Source of the DNA: Eledone cirrhosa
Lineage: Eukaryota
Direction of reading: 5' to 3'
DNA length: 64,000 nt
Assembly (NCBI GenBank): GCA_964016885.1
Contig: OZ024740.1
Location: 290,532,001 to 290,596,000, forward strand
Position 1 is the stretch's first letter; each line of letters starts with the position of its first letter. Of this stretch, positions 13,251 to 25,900 are shown piece after piece. Below the pieces are notes generated by a model, which worked only from the letters and a program-made list of their open reading frames with translations, ran no database searches and was not told the DNA's origin. The position numbers and the translations under genes are program-made.

Positions 13251-14099
13251 CCGTTTTTTATTTGGGTACCCCGTTTTTTTATGGGGCGGGTCCGTTTTTT
13301 ATCTGGGTACCCCGTTTTTTATTTGGGTGCTCCGTTTTTTATTTGGGTGCCCCGTTTTTTTATGGGGGGGTCCGTTTTTTATTTGGGTGCCCCGTTTTTT
13401 ATTTGGGTGACCCTTTTTTATTTGGGTGCCCCGTTTTTTATTTGGGTGCCCCGTTTATTATTTGGGTGCCCCGTTTTTTATTTAGGTGCCCCGTTTTTTT
13501 ATGGGGGGGGTCCGTTTTTTATTTGGGTGCCCCGTTTTTTATTTGGGTGCCCCGTTTTTTTATGGGGGGATCCGTTTTTTATTTGGGTACCCCGTTTTTA
13601 ATTTGGGTGCCCCGTTTTTTTATGGGGGGGTCCGTTTTTTATTTGGGTGCCCCGTTTTTTTATGGGGGGGTCCGTTTTTTATCTGGGTATCCCGTTTTTT
13701 ATTTGGGTACCCCGTTTTTTATTTGGGTGCCCCGTTTTTTTATGGGGGCCGTCCGTTTTTTATTTGGGTGCCCCGTTTTTTTATGGGGGGTTCGTTTTTT
13801 ATTTGGGTACCCCGTTTTTTATTTGGATACCCCGTTTTTTATGGGGGGTCCGTTTTTTATTTGGGTGCCCCGTTTTTTTATGGGGGGTTCCGTTTTTTAT
13901 TTGGTTGCCCCGTTTTTTATTTGGGTGCCCCGTTATTTATTGGGTGCCCCGTTTTTTATTTGGGTGCCCCGTTTTTTTATGGGGGGGGTCCGTTTTTTAT
14001 TTGGGTGCCCCGTTTTTTATGGGGGGGGTCCGTTTTTTATTTGGGTGCCCCGTTTTTTTATGGGGGGGTCCGTTTTTTATTTGGGTGCCCCGTTTTTTA

Positions 14100-17000
14100 T
14101 TTGGGTGCCCCGTTTTTTTATCTGGGTACCCCGTTTTTTATTTGGGTGCCCCGTTTTTTTATGGGGGGGTCCGTTTTCTATTTGGGTACCCCGTTTTTTA
14201 TTTGGGTACCCCGTTTTTTTATGGGGGGGGTCCGTTTTTTATCTGGGTACCCCGTTTTTTATTTGGGTACCCCGTTTTTTATTTGGGTGCCCCGTTTTTT
14301 TATGGGGGGGGGTCCGTTTTTTATTTGGGTGCCCCGTTTTTTATTTGGGCGTCCCGTTTTTTATTTGGGTGCCCCGTTTTTTATTTGGGTGTCCCGTTTT
14401 TTTATGGGGGGTTCCGTTTTTTATTTGGGTGTCCCTTTTTTTATGGGGGGTTCCGTTTTTTATTTGGGTACCCCGTTTTTTATTTGGGTGCACCGTTTTT
14501 TTATGGGGGGGTCCGTTTTTTATTTGGATACACCTTTTTTTATTTGGGTGCCCCGTTTTTTTTATGGGGGGGTCCGTTCTTTATCTGGCTACCCCGTTTT
14601 TTATCTGGGTACCCCGTTTTTTATTTGGGTACCCCTTTTTTTATTTGGGTGCCCCGTTTTTTTATGGGTGGGTCCGTTTTTTATTTGGGTGCCCCGTTTT
14701 TTATTTGGGTGACCCGTTTTTTTATGGGGGGGTCCGTTTTTTATTTGGATACCCCGTTTTTTATTTGGGTGCCCCGTTTTTTATTTGGGTGCACCGTTTT
14801 TTTATGGGGGGGTCCGTTTTTTATTTGGATACACCTTTTTTTATTTGGGTGCCCCGTTTTTTTATGGGGGGTTCCGTTTTTTATTTGGTTGCCCCGTTTT
14901 TTATTTGGGTGCCCCGTTATTTATTGGGTGCCCCGTTATTTATTTGGGTGCCCCGTTTTTTTATGGGGGGGGTCCGTTTTTTATTTGGGTGCCCCGTTTT
15001 TTATGGGGGGGGTCCGTTTTTTATTTGGGTGCCCCGTTTTTTTATGGGGGGGTCCGTTTTTTATTTGGGTGCCCCGTTTTTTATGGGGGGGCCGTTTTTA
15101 TTTGGATACCCCGTTTTTTATTTGGGTGCCCCGTTTTTTTATGGGGGGGTCCGTTTTTTATCTGGGTACCCCGTTTTTTATTTGGGTACCCCGTTTTTTA
15201 TTTGGGTGCCCCGTTTTTTATTTGGGTGCCCCGTTTTTTTATGGGGGGGTCCGTTTTTTATTTGGGTACCCCGTTTTTTATTTGGGTGCCCCGTTTTTTT
15301 ATGGGGGGGTCCGTTTTTTATTTGGATACCCCGTTTTTTATTTGGGTGCCCCGTTTTTTTATCTGGGTACCCCGTTTTTTATTTGGGTGCCCCGTTTTTT
15401 TATGGGGGGGTCCGTTTTCTATTTGGGTACCCCGTTTTTTATTTGGGTACCCCGTTTTTTTATGGGGGGGTCCGTTTTTTATCTGGGTACCCCGTTTTTT
15501 ATTTGGGTACCCCGTTTTTTATTTGGGTGCCCCGTTTTTTTATGGGGGGGGGGTCCGTTTTTTATTTGGGTGCCCCGTTTTTTATTTGGGCGTCCCGTTT
15601 TTTATTTGGGTGCCCCGTTTTTTATTTGGGTGTCCCGTTTTTTTATGGGGGGTTCCGTTTTTTATTTGGGTGTCCCTTTTTTTATGGGGGGTTCCGTTTT
15701 TTATTTGGGTACCCCGTTTTTTATTTGGGTGCACCGTTTTTTTATGGGGGGGTCCGTTTTTTATTTGGATACACCTTTTTTTATTTGGGTGCCCCGTTTT
15801 TTTTATGGGGGGGTCCGTTCTTTATCTGGCTACCCCGTTTTTTATCTGGGTACCCCGTTTTTTATTTGGGTACCCCTTTTTTTATTTGGGTGCCCCGTTT
15901 TTTTATGGGTGGGTCCGTTTTTTATTTGGGTGCCCCGTTTTTTATTTGGGTGACCCGTTTTTTTATGGGGGGGTCCGTTTTTTATTTGGATACCCCGTTT
16001 TTTATTTGGGTGCCCCGTTTTTTATTTGGGTGCACCGTTTTTTTATGGGGGGGTCCGTTTTTTATTTGGATACACCTTTTTTTATTTGGGTGCCCCGTTT
16101 TTTTATGGGGGGTTCCGTTTTTTATTTGGTTGCCCCGTTTTTTATTTGGGTGCCCCGTTATTTATTGGGTGCCCCGTTTTTTATTTGGGTGCCCCGTTTT
16201 TTTATGGGGGGGGTCCGTTTTTTATTTGGGTGCCCCGTTTTTTATGGGGGGGGTCCGTTTTTTATTTGGGTGCCCCGTTTTTTTATGGGGGGGTCCGTTT
16301 TTTATTTGGGTGCCCCGTTTTTTATGGGGGGGCCGTTTTTATTTGGATACCCCGTTTTTTATTTGGGTGCCCCGTTTTTTTATGGGGGGGTCCGTTTTTT
16401 ATCTGGGTACCCCGTTTTTTATTTGGGTACCCCGTTTTTTATTTGGGTGCCCCGTTTTTTATTTGGGTGCCCCGTTTTTTTATGGGGGGGTCCGTTTTTT
16501 ATTTGGGTACCCCGTTTTTTATTTGGGTGCCCCGTTTTTTTATGGGGGGGTCCGTTTTTTATTTGGATACCCCGTTTTTTATTTGGGTGCCCCGTTTTTT
16601 TATCTGGGTACCCCGTTTTTTATTTGGGTGCCCCGTTTTTTTATGGGGGGGTCCGTTTTCTATTTGGGTACCCCGTTTTTTATTTGGGTACCCCGTTTTT
16701 TTATGGGGGGGGTCCGTTTTTTATCTGGGTACCCCGTTTTTTATTTGGGTACCCCGTTTTTTATTTGGGTGCCCCGTTTTTTTATGGGGGGGGGGTCCGT
16801 TTTTTATTTGGGTGCCCCGTTTTTTATTTGGGCGTCCCGTTTTTTATTTGGGTGCCCCGTTTTTTATTTGGGTGTCCCGTTTTTTTATGGGGGGTTCCGT
16901 TTTTTATTTGGGTGTCCCTTTTTTTATGGGGGGTTCCGTTTTTTATTTGGGTACCCCGTTTTTTATTTGGGTGCACCGTTTTTTTATGGGGGGGTCCGTT

Positions 17001-17860
17001 TTTTATTTGGATACACCTTTTTTTATTTGGGTGCCACGTTTTTTTTATGGGGGGGTCCGTTCTTTATCTGGCTACCCCGTTTTTTATCTGGGTACCCCGT
17101 TTTTTATTTGGGTACCCCTTTTTTTATTTGGGTGCCCCGTTTTTTTATGGGTGGGTCCGTTTTTTATTTGGGTGCCCCGTTTTTTATTTGGGTGACCCGT
17201 TTTTTTATGGGGGGGTCCGTTTTTTATTTGGATACCCCGTTTTTTATTTGGGTGCCCCGTTTTTTTATCTGGGTACCCCGTTTTTTATTTGGGTGCCCCG
17301 TTTTTTTATGGGGGGGTCCGTTTTCTATTTGGGTACCCCGTTTTTTATTTGGGTATCCCGTTTTTTTATGGGGGGGGTCCGTTTTTTATCTGGGTACCCC
17401 GTTTTTTATTTGGGTACCCCGTTTTTTATTTGGGTGCCCCGTTTTTTTATGGGGGGGGGTCCGTTTTTTATTTGGGTGCCCCGTTTTTTATTTGGGCGTC
17501 CCGTTTTTTATTTGGGTGCCCCGTTTTTTATTTGGGTGTCCCGTTTTTTTATGGGGGGTTCCGTTTTTTATTTGGGTGTCCCTTTTTTATGGGGGGTTCC
17601 GTTTTTTATTTGGGTACCCCGTTTTTTATTTGGGTGCACCGTTTTTTTATGGGGGGGTCCGTTTTTTATTTGGATACACCTTTTTTTATTTGGGTGCCTC
17701 GTTTTTTTTATGGGGGGGTCCGTTCTTTATCTGGCTACCCCGTTTTTTATCTGGGTACCCCGTTTTTTATTTGGGTACCCCTTTTTTTATTTGGGTGCCC
17801 CGTTTTTTTATGGGTGGGTCCGTTTTTTATTTGGGTGCCCCGTTTTTTATTTGGGTGACC
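14100..17860 (+). repeat. ~1241-bp (62-monomer) higher-order repeat, about 2.5 tandem copies plus a 663-bp partial copy
   Basis: GGATACACC at 14526, 15767 and 17009 (1241, 1242), at 14827 and 16068 (1241), then 17672 (+663). GTGA-derived ORF stops at 14712, 15953, 17195 and 17858 show the same spacing. Confidence 0.9.
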
Positions 17861-18099
17861 CGTTTTTTACTTGGGTGCCCCGTTTTTTATTTGGGTGCCC
17901 CGTTTATTATTTGGGTGCCCCGTTTTTTATTTGGGTGCCCCGTTTTTTATTTGGGTGCCCCGTTTTTTTATGGGGGGATCCGTTTTTTATTTGGGTACCC
18001 CGTTTTTTATTTGGGTGCCCCGTTTTTTTATGGGGGGGGTCCGTTTTTTATTTGGATACCCCGTTTTTTATTTGGGTGCCCCGTTTTTTTATGGGGGGA

Positions 18100-21000
18100 T
18101 CCGTTTTTTATTTGGGTACCCCGTTTTTTATTTGGGTGCCCCGTTTTTTTATGGGGGGGGTCCGTTTTTTATTTGGGTGCCCCGTTTTTTTATGGGGGGG
18201 TCCGTTTTTTATCTGGGTATCCCGTTTTTTATTTGGGTGCCCCGTCTTTTTATGGAGGGGGTCCGTTTTTTATTTGGGTATCCCGTTTTTTATTTGGGTG
18301 CCCCGTCTTTTTATGGAGGGGGTCCGTTTTATATTTGGGTGCCCCGTTTTTATTTGGGTGACCCGTTTATTATTTGGGTGCCGCGTTTTTTATTTGGGTG
18401 ACCGGTTTTTTATTTGGGTGCCCCGTTTTTTATTTGGGTGCCCCGTTTTTTATTTGGGTGCCCCGTTTTTTTATGGGGGGGTCCGTTTTTTATTTGGGTG
18501 CCCCGTTTTTTATTTGGGTGCCCCGTTTTTTCATGGGGGGATCCGTTTTTTATTTGGGTACCCCGTTTTTTATTTGGGTGCCCCGTTTATTATTTGGGTG
18601 CCCCGTTTTTTATTTGGGTGCCCCGTTTTTTATTTAGGTGCCCCGTTTTTTTATGGGGGGGGTCCGTTTTTTATTTGGGTGCCCCGTTTTTTATTTGGGT
18701 GCCCCGTTTTTTTATGGGGGGATCCGTTTTTTATTTGGGTACCCCGTTTTTTATTTGGGTGCCCCGTTTTTTTATGGGGGGGGTCCGTTTTTTATTTGGG
18801 TGCCCCGTTTTTTTATGGGGGGTCCGTTTTTTATCTGGGTATCCCGTTTTTTATTTGGGTGCCCCGTCTTTTTATGGAGGGGGTCCGTTTTTTATTTGGG
18901 TGCCCCGTTTTTTATTTGGGTGCCCCGTTTTTTATTTGGGTGCCCCGTTTTTTTATGGGGGGGTCCGTTTTTTATCTGGGTACCCCGTTTTTTATTTGGG
19001 TACCCCGTTTTTTATTTGGGTGCCCCGTTTTTTTATGGGGAGGGGTGCGTTTTATATTTGGGTGCCCCGTTTTTATTTGGGTGACCCGTTTATTATTTGG
19101 GTGCCCCGTTTTTTATTTGGGTAACCCGTTTTTTATTTGGGTGCCCCGTTTTTTATTTGGGTGCCCCGTTTTTTTATGGGGGGGTCCGTTTTTTATTTGG
19201 GTGCCCCGTTTTTTATTTGGGTGCCCCGTTTTTTCATGGGGGGATCCGTTTTTTATTTGGGTACCCCGTTTTTTATTTGGGTACCCCGTTTTTTTTATGG
19301 GGGGGTCCGTTTTTTATTTGGATACCCCGTTTTTTATTTGGGTGCCCCGTTTTTTTATGGGGGGGTCCGTTTTTTATCTGGGTACCTCGTTTTTTATTTG
19401 GGTGCCCCGTTTTTTTATGGAGGGGGTCCGTTTTTTATTTGGGTGCCCCGTTTTATTATGGGGGGGTCCGTTTTTTATTTGGATACCCCGTTTTTTATTT
19501 GGGTGCCCCGTTTTTTTATGGAGGGGTTCCGTTTTTTATTTGGGTGCCCCGTTTTTTATTTGGGTGCCCCGTTTTTTATTTGTGTGCCCCGTTTTTTATT
19601 TGGGTGCCCCGTTTTTTTAAGGGGGGGTCCGTTTTTTATTTGGGTGCCCCGTTTTTTTATGGGGGGGGGGCCGTTTTTTATTTGGGTGCCCCGTTTTTTT
19701 ATGGGGGGGGGGTCCGTTTTTTATTTGGATACCCCGTTTTTTATTTGGGTGCCCGGTTTTTTTGTGGGTGGGGTCCGTTTTTTATCTGGGTACCCCGTTT
19801 TTTATTTGGGTACCCCTTTTTTTATTTGGGTGCCCCTTTTTTTTATGGGTGGGTCCGTTTTTTATTTGGGTGCCCCGTTTTTTATTTGGGTGACCCGTTT
19901 TTTATTTGGGTGCCCCGTTTTTTATTTGGGTGCCCGGTTTTTTATTTGGGTGCCCCGTTTTTTTATGGGGGGGGTCCGTTTTTTATTTGGGTGCCCCGTT
20001 TTTTATTTGGGTGCCCCGTTTTTTATGGGGGGATCCGTTTTTTATTTGGGTACCCCGTTTTATATTTGGCTGCCCCGTTTTTTTATGGGGGGGGTCCGTT
20101 TTTTATTTGGATACCCCGTTTTTTATTTGGATGCCCCGTTTTTTTATGGGGGGGTCCGTTTTTTATCTGGGTACCCCGTTTTTTATTTGGGTGCTCCGTT
20201 TTTTATTTGGGTGCCCCGTTTTTTTATGGGGGGGTCCGTTTTTTATTTGGGTGCCCCGTTTTTTGTTTGGGTGACCCTTTTTTATTTGGGTGCCCCGTTT
20301 TTTATTTGGGTGCCCCGTTTATTATTTGGGTGCCCCGTTTTTTATTTGGGTGCCCCGTTTTTTATTTAGGTGCCCCGTTTTTTTATGGGGGGGGGTCCGT
20401 TTTTTATTTGGGTGCCCCGCTTTTTATTTGGGTGCCCCGTTTTTTTATGGGGGGATCCGTTTTTTATTTGGGTACCTCGTTTTTAATTTGGGTGCCCCGT
20501 TTTTTATGGGGGGTCCGTTTTTTATTTGGGTGCCCCGTTTTTTTATGGGGGGGGTCCGTTTTTTATCTGGGTATCCCGTTTTTTATTTGGGTACCCCGTT
20601 TTTTATTTGGGTGCCCCGTTTTTTTATGGGGGCCGTCCGTTTTTTATTTGGGTGCCCCGTTTTTTTATGGGGGGTTCGTTTTTTATTTGGGTACCCCGTT
20701 TTTTATTTGGATACCCCGTTTTTTATGGGGGGTCCGTTTTTTATTTGGGTGCCCCGTTTTTTTATGGGGGGTTCCGTTTTTTATTTGGTTGCCCGCGTTT
20801 TTTATTTGGGTGCCCCGTTATTTATTGGGTGCCCCGTTTTTTATTTGGGTGCCCCGTTTTTTTATGGTAGGGGGTCCGTTTTTTATTTGGGTGCCCCGTT
20901 TTTTATGGGGGGGGGCCGTTTTTTATTTGGGTGCCCCGTTTTTTATGGGGGGGCCGTTTTTATTTGGATACCCCGTTTTTTATTTGGGTGCCCCGTTTTT

Positions 21001-24000
21001 TTATGGGGGGGTCCGTTTTTTATCTGGGTACCCCGTTTTTTATTTGGGTACCCCGTTTTTTATTTGGGTGCCCCGTTTTTTATTTGGGTGCCCCGTTTTT
21101 TTATGGGGGGGTCCGTTTTTTATTTGGGTACCCCGTTTTTTATTTGGGTGCCCCGTTTTTTTATGGGGGGGTCCGTTTTTTATTTGGATAGCCCGTTTTT
21201 TATTTGGGTGCCCCGTTTTTTTATCTGGGTACCCCGTTTTTTATTTGGGTGCCCCGTTTTTTTATGGGGGGGTCCGTTTTTTATTTGGGTACCCCGTTTT
21301 TTATTTGGGTACCCCGTTTTTTTATGGGGGGGGTCCGTTTTTTATCTGGGTGCCCCGTTTTTTATTTGGGTGCCCCGTTTATTATTTGGGTGCCCCGTTT
21401 TTTATTTGGGTGCCCCGTTTTTTATTTAGGTGCCCCGTTTTTTTATGGGGGGGGGTCCGTTTTTTATTTGGGTGCCCCGTTTTTTATTTGGGTGCCCCGT
21501 TTTTTTATGGGGGGATCCGTTTTTTATTTGGGTACCCCGTTTTTAATTTCGGTGCCCCGTTTTTTTATGGGGGGGTCCGTTTTTTATTTGGGTGCCCCGT
21601 TTTTTTATGGGGGGGTCCGTTTTTTATCTGGGTCTCCCGTTTTTTATTTGGGTACCCCGTTTTTTATTTGGGTGCCCCGTTTTTTTATGGGGGCCGTCCG
21701 TTTTTTATTTGGGTGCCCCGTCTTTTTATGGGGGGTTCGTATTTTATTTGGGTACCCCGTTTTTTATTTGGATACCCCGTTTTTTATGGGGGGTCCGTTT
21801 TTTATTTGGGTGCCCCGTTTTTTTATGGGGGGTTCCGTTTTTTATTTGGTTGCCCCGTTTTTTATTTGGGTGCCCCGTTATTTATTGGGTGCCCCGTTTT
21901 TTATTTGGGTGCCCCGTTTTTTTATGGGGGGGGGGTCCGTTTTTTATTTGGGTGCCCCGTTTTTTATGGGGGGGTCCGTTTTTTATTTGGGTGCCCCGTT
22001 TTTTTATGGGGGGGTCCGTTTTTTATTTGGGTGCCCCGTTTTTTATGGGGGGGGGCCGTTTTTATTTGGATACCCCGTTTTTTATTTGGGTGCCCCGTTT
22101 TTTTATGGGGGGGTCCGTTTTTTATCTGGGTACCCCGTTTTTTATTTGGGTACCCCGTTTTTTATTTGGGTGCCCCGTTTTTTATTTGGGTGCCCCGTTT
22201 TTTTATGGGGGGGTCCGTTTTTTATTTGGGTACCCCGTTTTTTATTTGGGTGCCCCGTTTTTTTATGGGGGGGTCCGTTTTTTATTTGGATACCCCGTTT
22301 TTTATTTGGGTGCCCCGTTTTTTTATCTGGGTACCCCGTTTTTTATTTGGGTGCCCCGTTTTTTTATGGGGGGGTCCGTTTTCTATTTGGGAACCCCGTT
22401 TTTTATTTAGGTACCCCGTTTTTTTATGGGGGGGGTCCGTTTTTTTATCTGGGTACCCCGTTTTTTATTTGGGTACCCCGTTTTTTATTTGGGTGCCCCG
22501 TTTTTTTATGGGGGGGGGTCCGTTTTTTATTTGGGTGCCCCGTTTTTTATTTGGGCGTCCCGTTTTTTATTTGGGTGCCCCGTTTTTTATTTGGGTGTCC
22601 CGTTTTTTTATGGGGGGTTCCGTTTTTTATTTGGGTGTCCCTTTTTTTATGGGGGGTTCCGTTTTTTATTTGGGTACCCCGTTTTTTATTTGGGTGCACC
22701 GTTTTTTTATGGGGGGGTCCGTTTTTTATTTGGATACACCTTTTTTTATTTGGGTGCCCCGTTTTTTTTATGGGGGGGTCCGTTCTTTATCTGGCTACCC
22801 CGTTTTTTATCTGGGTACCCCGTTTTTTATTTGGGTACCCCTTTTTTTATTTGGGTGCCCCGTTTTTTTATGGGTGGGTCCGTTTTTTATTTGGGTGCCC
22901 CGTTTTTTTATGGGGGGGTCCGTTTTTTATTTGGGTGCCCCGTTTTTTATTTGGGTGCCCCGTTTTTTTATGGGGGGATCCGTTTTTTATTTGGGTACCC
23001 CGTTTTTTATTTGGGTGCCCCGTTTTTTTATGGGGGGGGTCCGTTTTTTATTTGGATACCCCGTTTTTTATTTGGGTGCCCCGTTTTTTTATGGGGGTGT
23101 CCGTTTTTTATCTGGGTACCCCGTTTTTTATTTGGGTGCTCCGTTTTTTATTTGGGTGCCCCGTTTTTTTATGGGGGGGGTCCGTTTTTAATTTGGGTGC
23201 CCCGTTTTTTATTTGGGTGACCCTTTTTTATTTGGGTGCCCCGTTTTTTATTTGGGTGCCCCGTTTATTATTTGGGTGCCCCGTTTTTTATTTGGGTGCC
23301 CCGTTTTTTATTTAGGTGCCCCGTTTTTTTATGGGGGGGGGGTCCGTTTTTTATTTGGGTGCCCCGTTTTTTATTTGGGTGCCCCGTTTTTTTATGGGGG
23401 GATCCGTTTTTTATTTGGGTACCCCGTTTTTTATTTGGGTGCCCCGTTTTTTTATGGGGGGGGTCCGTTTTTTATTTGGGTGCCCCGTTTTTTTATGGGG
23501 GGGTCCGTTTTTTATCTGGGTATCCCGTTTTTTATTTGGGTGCCCCGTCTTTTTATGGAGGGGGTCCGTTTTTTATTTGGGTGCCCCGTTTTTTATTTGG
23601 GTGCCCCGTTTTTTATTTGGGTGCCCCGTTTTTTTATGGGGGGTCCGTTTTTTATCTGGGTACCCCGTTCTTTATTTGGGTACCCCGTTTTTTATTTGGG
23701 TGCCCCGTTTTTTTATGGGGAGGGGTCCGTTTTATATTTGGGTGCCCCGTTTTTATTTGGGTGACCCGTTTATTATTTGGGTGCCGCGTTTTTTATTTGG
23801 GTGACCCGTTTTTTATTTGGGTGCCCCGTTTTTTATTTGGGTGCCCCGTTTTTTATTTGGGTGCCCCGTTTTTTTATGGGGGGGTCCGTTTTTTATTTGG
23901 GTGCCCCGTTTTTTATTTGGGTGCCCCGTTTTTTCATGGGGGGATCCGTTTTTTATTTGGGTACCCCGTTTTTTATTTGGGTGCCCCGTTTATTATTTGG

Positions 24001-25900
24001 GTGCCCCGTTTTTTATTTGGGTGCCCCGTTTTTTATTTAGGTGCCCCATTTTTTTATGGGGGGGGTCCGTTTTTTATTTGGGTGCCCCGTTTTTTTATGG
24101 GGGGATCCGTTTTTTATTTGGGTACCCCGTTTTTTATTTGGGTGCCCCGTTTTTTTATTGGGGGGGTCCGTTTTTTATTTGGGTGCCCCGTTTTTTTATG
24201 GGGGGGTCCGTTTTTTATCTGGGTATCCCGTTTTTTATTTGGGTGCCCCGTCTTTTTATGGAGGGGGTCCGTTTTTTATTTGGGTGCCCCGTTTTTTATT
24301 TGGGTGCCCCGTTTTTTATTTGGGTGCCCCGTTTTTTTATGGGGGGTCCGTTTTTTATCTGGGTACCCCGTTTTTTATTTGGGTACCCCGTTTTTTATTT
24401 GGGTGCCCCGTTTTTTTATGGGGAGGGGTGCGTTTTATATTTGGGTGCCCCGTTTTTATTTGGGTGACCCGTTTATTATTTGGGTGCCCCGTTTTTTATT
24501 TGGGTGACCCGTTTTTTATTTGGGTGCCCCGTTTTTTATTTGGGTGCCCCGTTTTTTTATGGGGGGGTCCGTTTTTTATTTGGGTGCCCCGTTTTTTATT
24601 TGGGTGCCCCGTTTTTTCATGGGGGGATCCGTTTTTTATTTGGGTACCCCGTTTTTTATTTGGGTACCCCGTTTTTTTTTATGGGGGGGTCCGTTTTTTA
24701 TTTGGATACCCCGTTTTTTATTTGGGTGCCCCGTTTTTTTATGGGGGGGTCCGTTTTCTATCTGGGTACCTCGTTTTTTATTTGGGTGCCCCGTTTTTTT
24801 ATGGAGGGGGTCCGTTTTTTATTTGGGTGCCCCGTTTTATTATGGGGGGGTCCGTTTTTTATTTGGATACCCCGTTTTTTATTTGGGTGCCCCGTTTTTT
24901 TATGGAGGGGTTCCGTTTTTTATTTGGGTGCCCCGTTTTTTATTTGGGTGCCCCGTTTTTTATTTGTGTGCCCCGTTTTTTATTTGGGTGCCCGTTTTTT
25001 CATGGGGGGGTCCGTTTTTTATTTGGGTGCCCCGTTTTTTTATGGGGGGGGGGCCGTTTTTTATTTGGGTGCCCCGTTTTTTTATGGGGGGGGTCCGTTT
25101 TTTATTTGGATACCCCGTTTTTTATTTGGGTGCCCGGTTTTTTTGTGGGTGGGGTCCGTTTTTTATCTGGGTACCCCGTTTTTTATTTGGGTACCCCTTT
25201 TTTTATTTGGGTGCCCCGTTTTTTTATGGGTGGGTCCGTTTTTTATTTGGGTGCCCCGTTTTTTATTTGGGTGACCCGTTTTTTATTTGGGTGCCCCGTT
25301 TTTTATTTGGGTGCCCCGTTTTTTATTTGGGTGCCCCGTTTTTTTATGGGGGGGGTCCGTTTTTTATTTGGGTGCCCCGTTTTTTATTTGGGTGCCCCGT
25401 TTTTTTATGGGGGGATCCGTTTTTTATTTGGGTACCCCGTTTTATATTTGGCTGCCCCGTTTTTTTATGGGGGGGGTCCGTTTTTTATTTGGATACCCCG
25501 TTTTTTATTTGGGTGCCCCGTTTTTTTATGGGGGGGTCCGTTTTTTATCTGGGTACCCCGTTTTTTATTTGGGTGCTCCGTTTTTTATTTGGGTGCCCCG
25601 TTTTTTTATGGGGGGGTCCGTTTTTTATTTGGGTGCCCCGTTTTTTATTTGGGTGACCCTTTTTTATTTGGGTGCCCCGTTTTTTATTTGGGTGCCCCGT
25701 TTATTATTTGGGTGCCCCGTTTTTTATTTGGGTGCCCCGTTTTTTATTTAGGTGCCCCGTTTTTTTATGGGGGGGTCCGTTTTTTATTTGGGTGCCCCGT
25801 TTTTTATTTGGGTGCCCCGTTTTTTTATGGGGGCATCCGTTTTTTATTTGGGTACCCCGTTTTTTATTTGGGTGCCCCGTTTTTTTATGGGGGGGGTCCG
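18100..25900 (+). repeat. Block duplication with ~5.4 kb offset (~18.1-20.4 kb copied at ~23.4-25.8 kb)
   Basis: TTTGTGGGTGGGGTCC at ~19761 and ~25142 (5381). Matching ORF-track peptides start at 18374/23777 and 19097/24480. Confidence 0.88.

Larger units (their letters stand above)
11700..21320 (+). repeat. Dispersed block duplication with 8284-bp offset (~11.7-13.0 kb copied at ~20.0-21.3 kb)
   Basis: Markers TTGGTTGCCCGCG (12501, 20785), TGGTAGGGGG (12581, 20865) and GGGGGCCGTCC (12344, 20628) are all offset by 8284. Confidence 0.88.
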
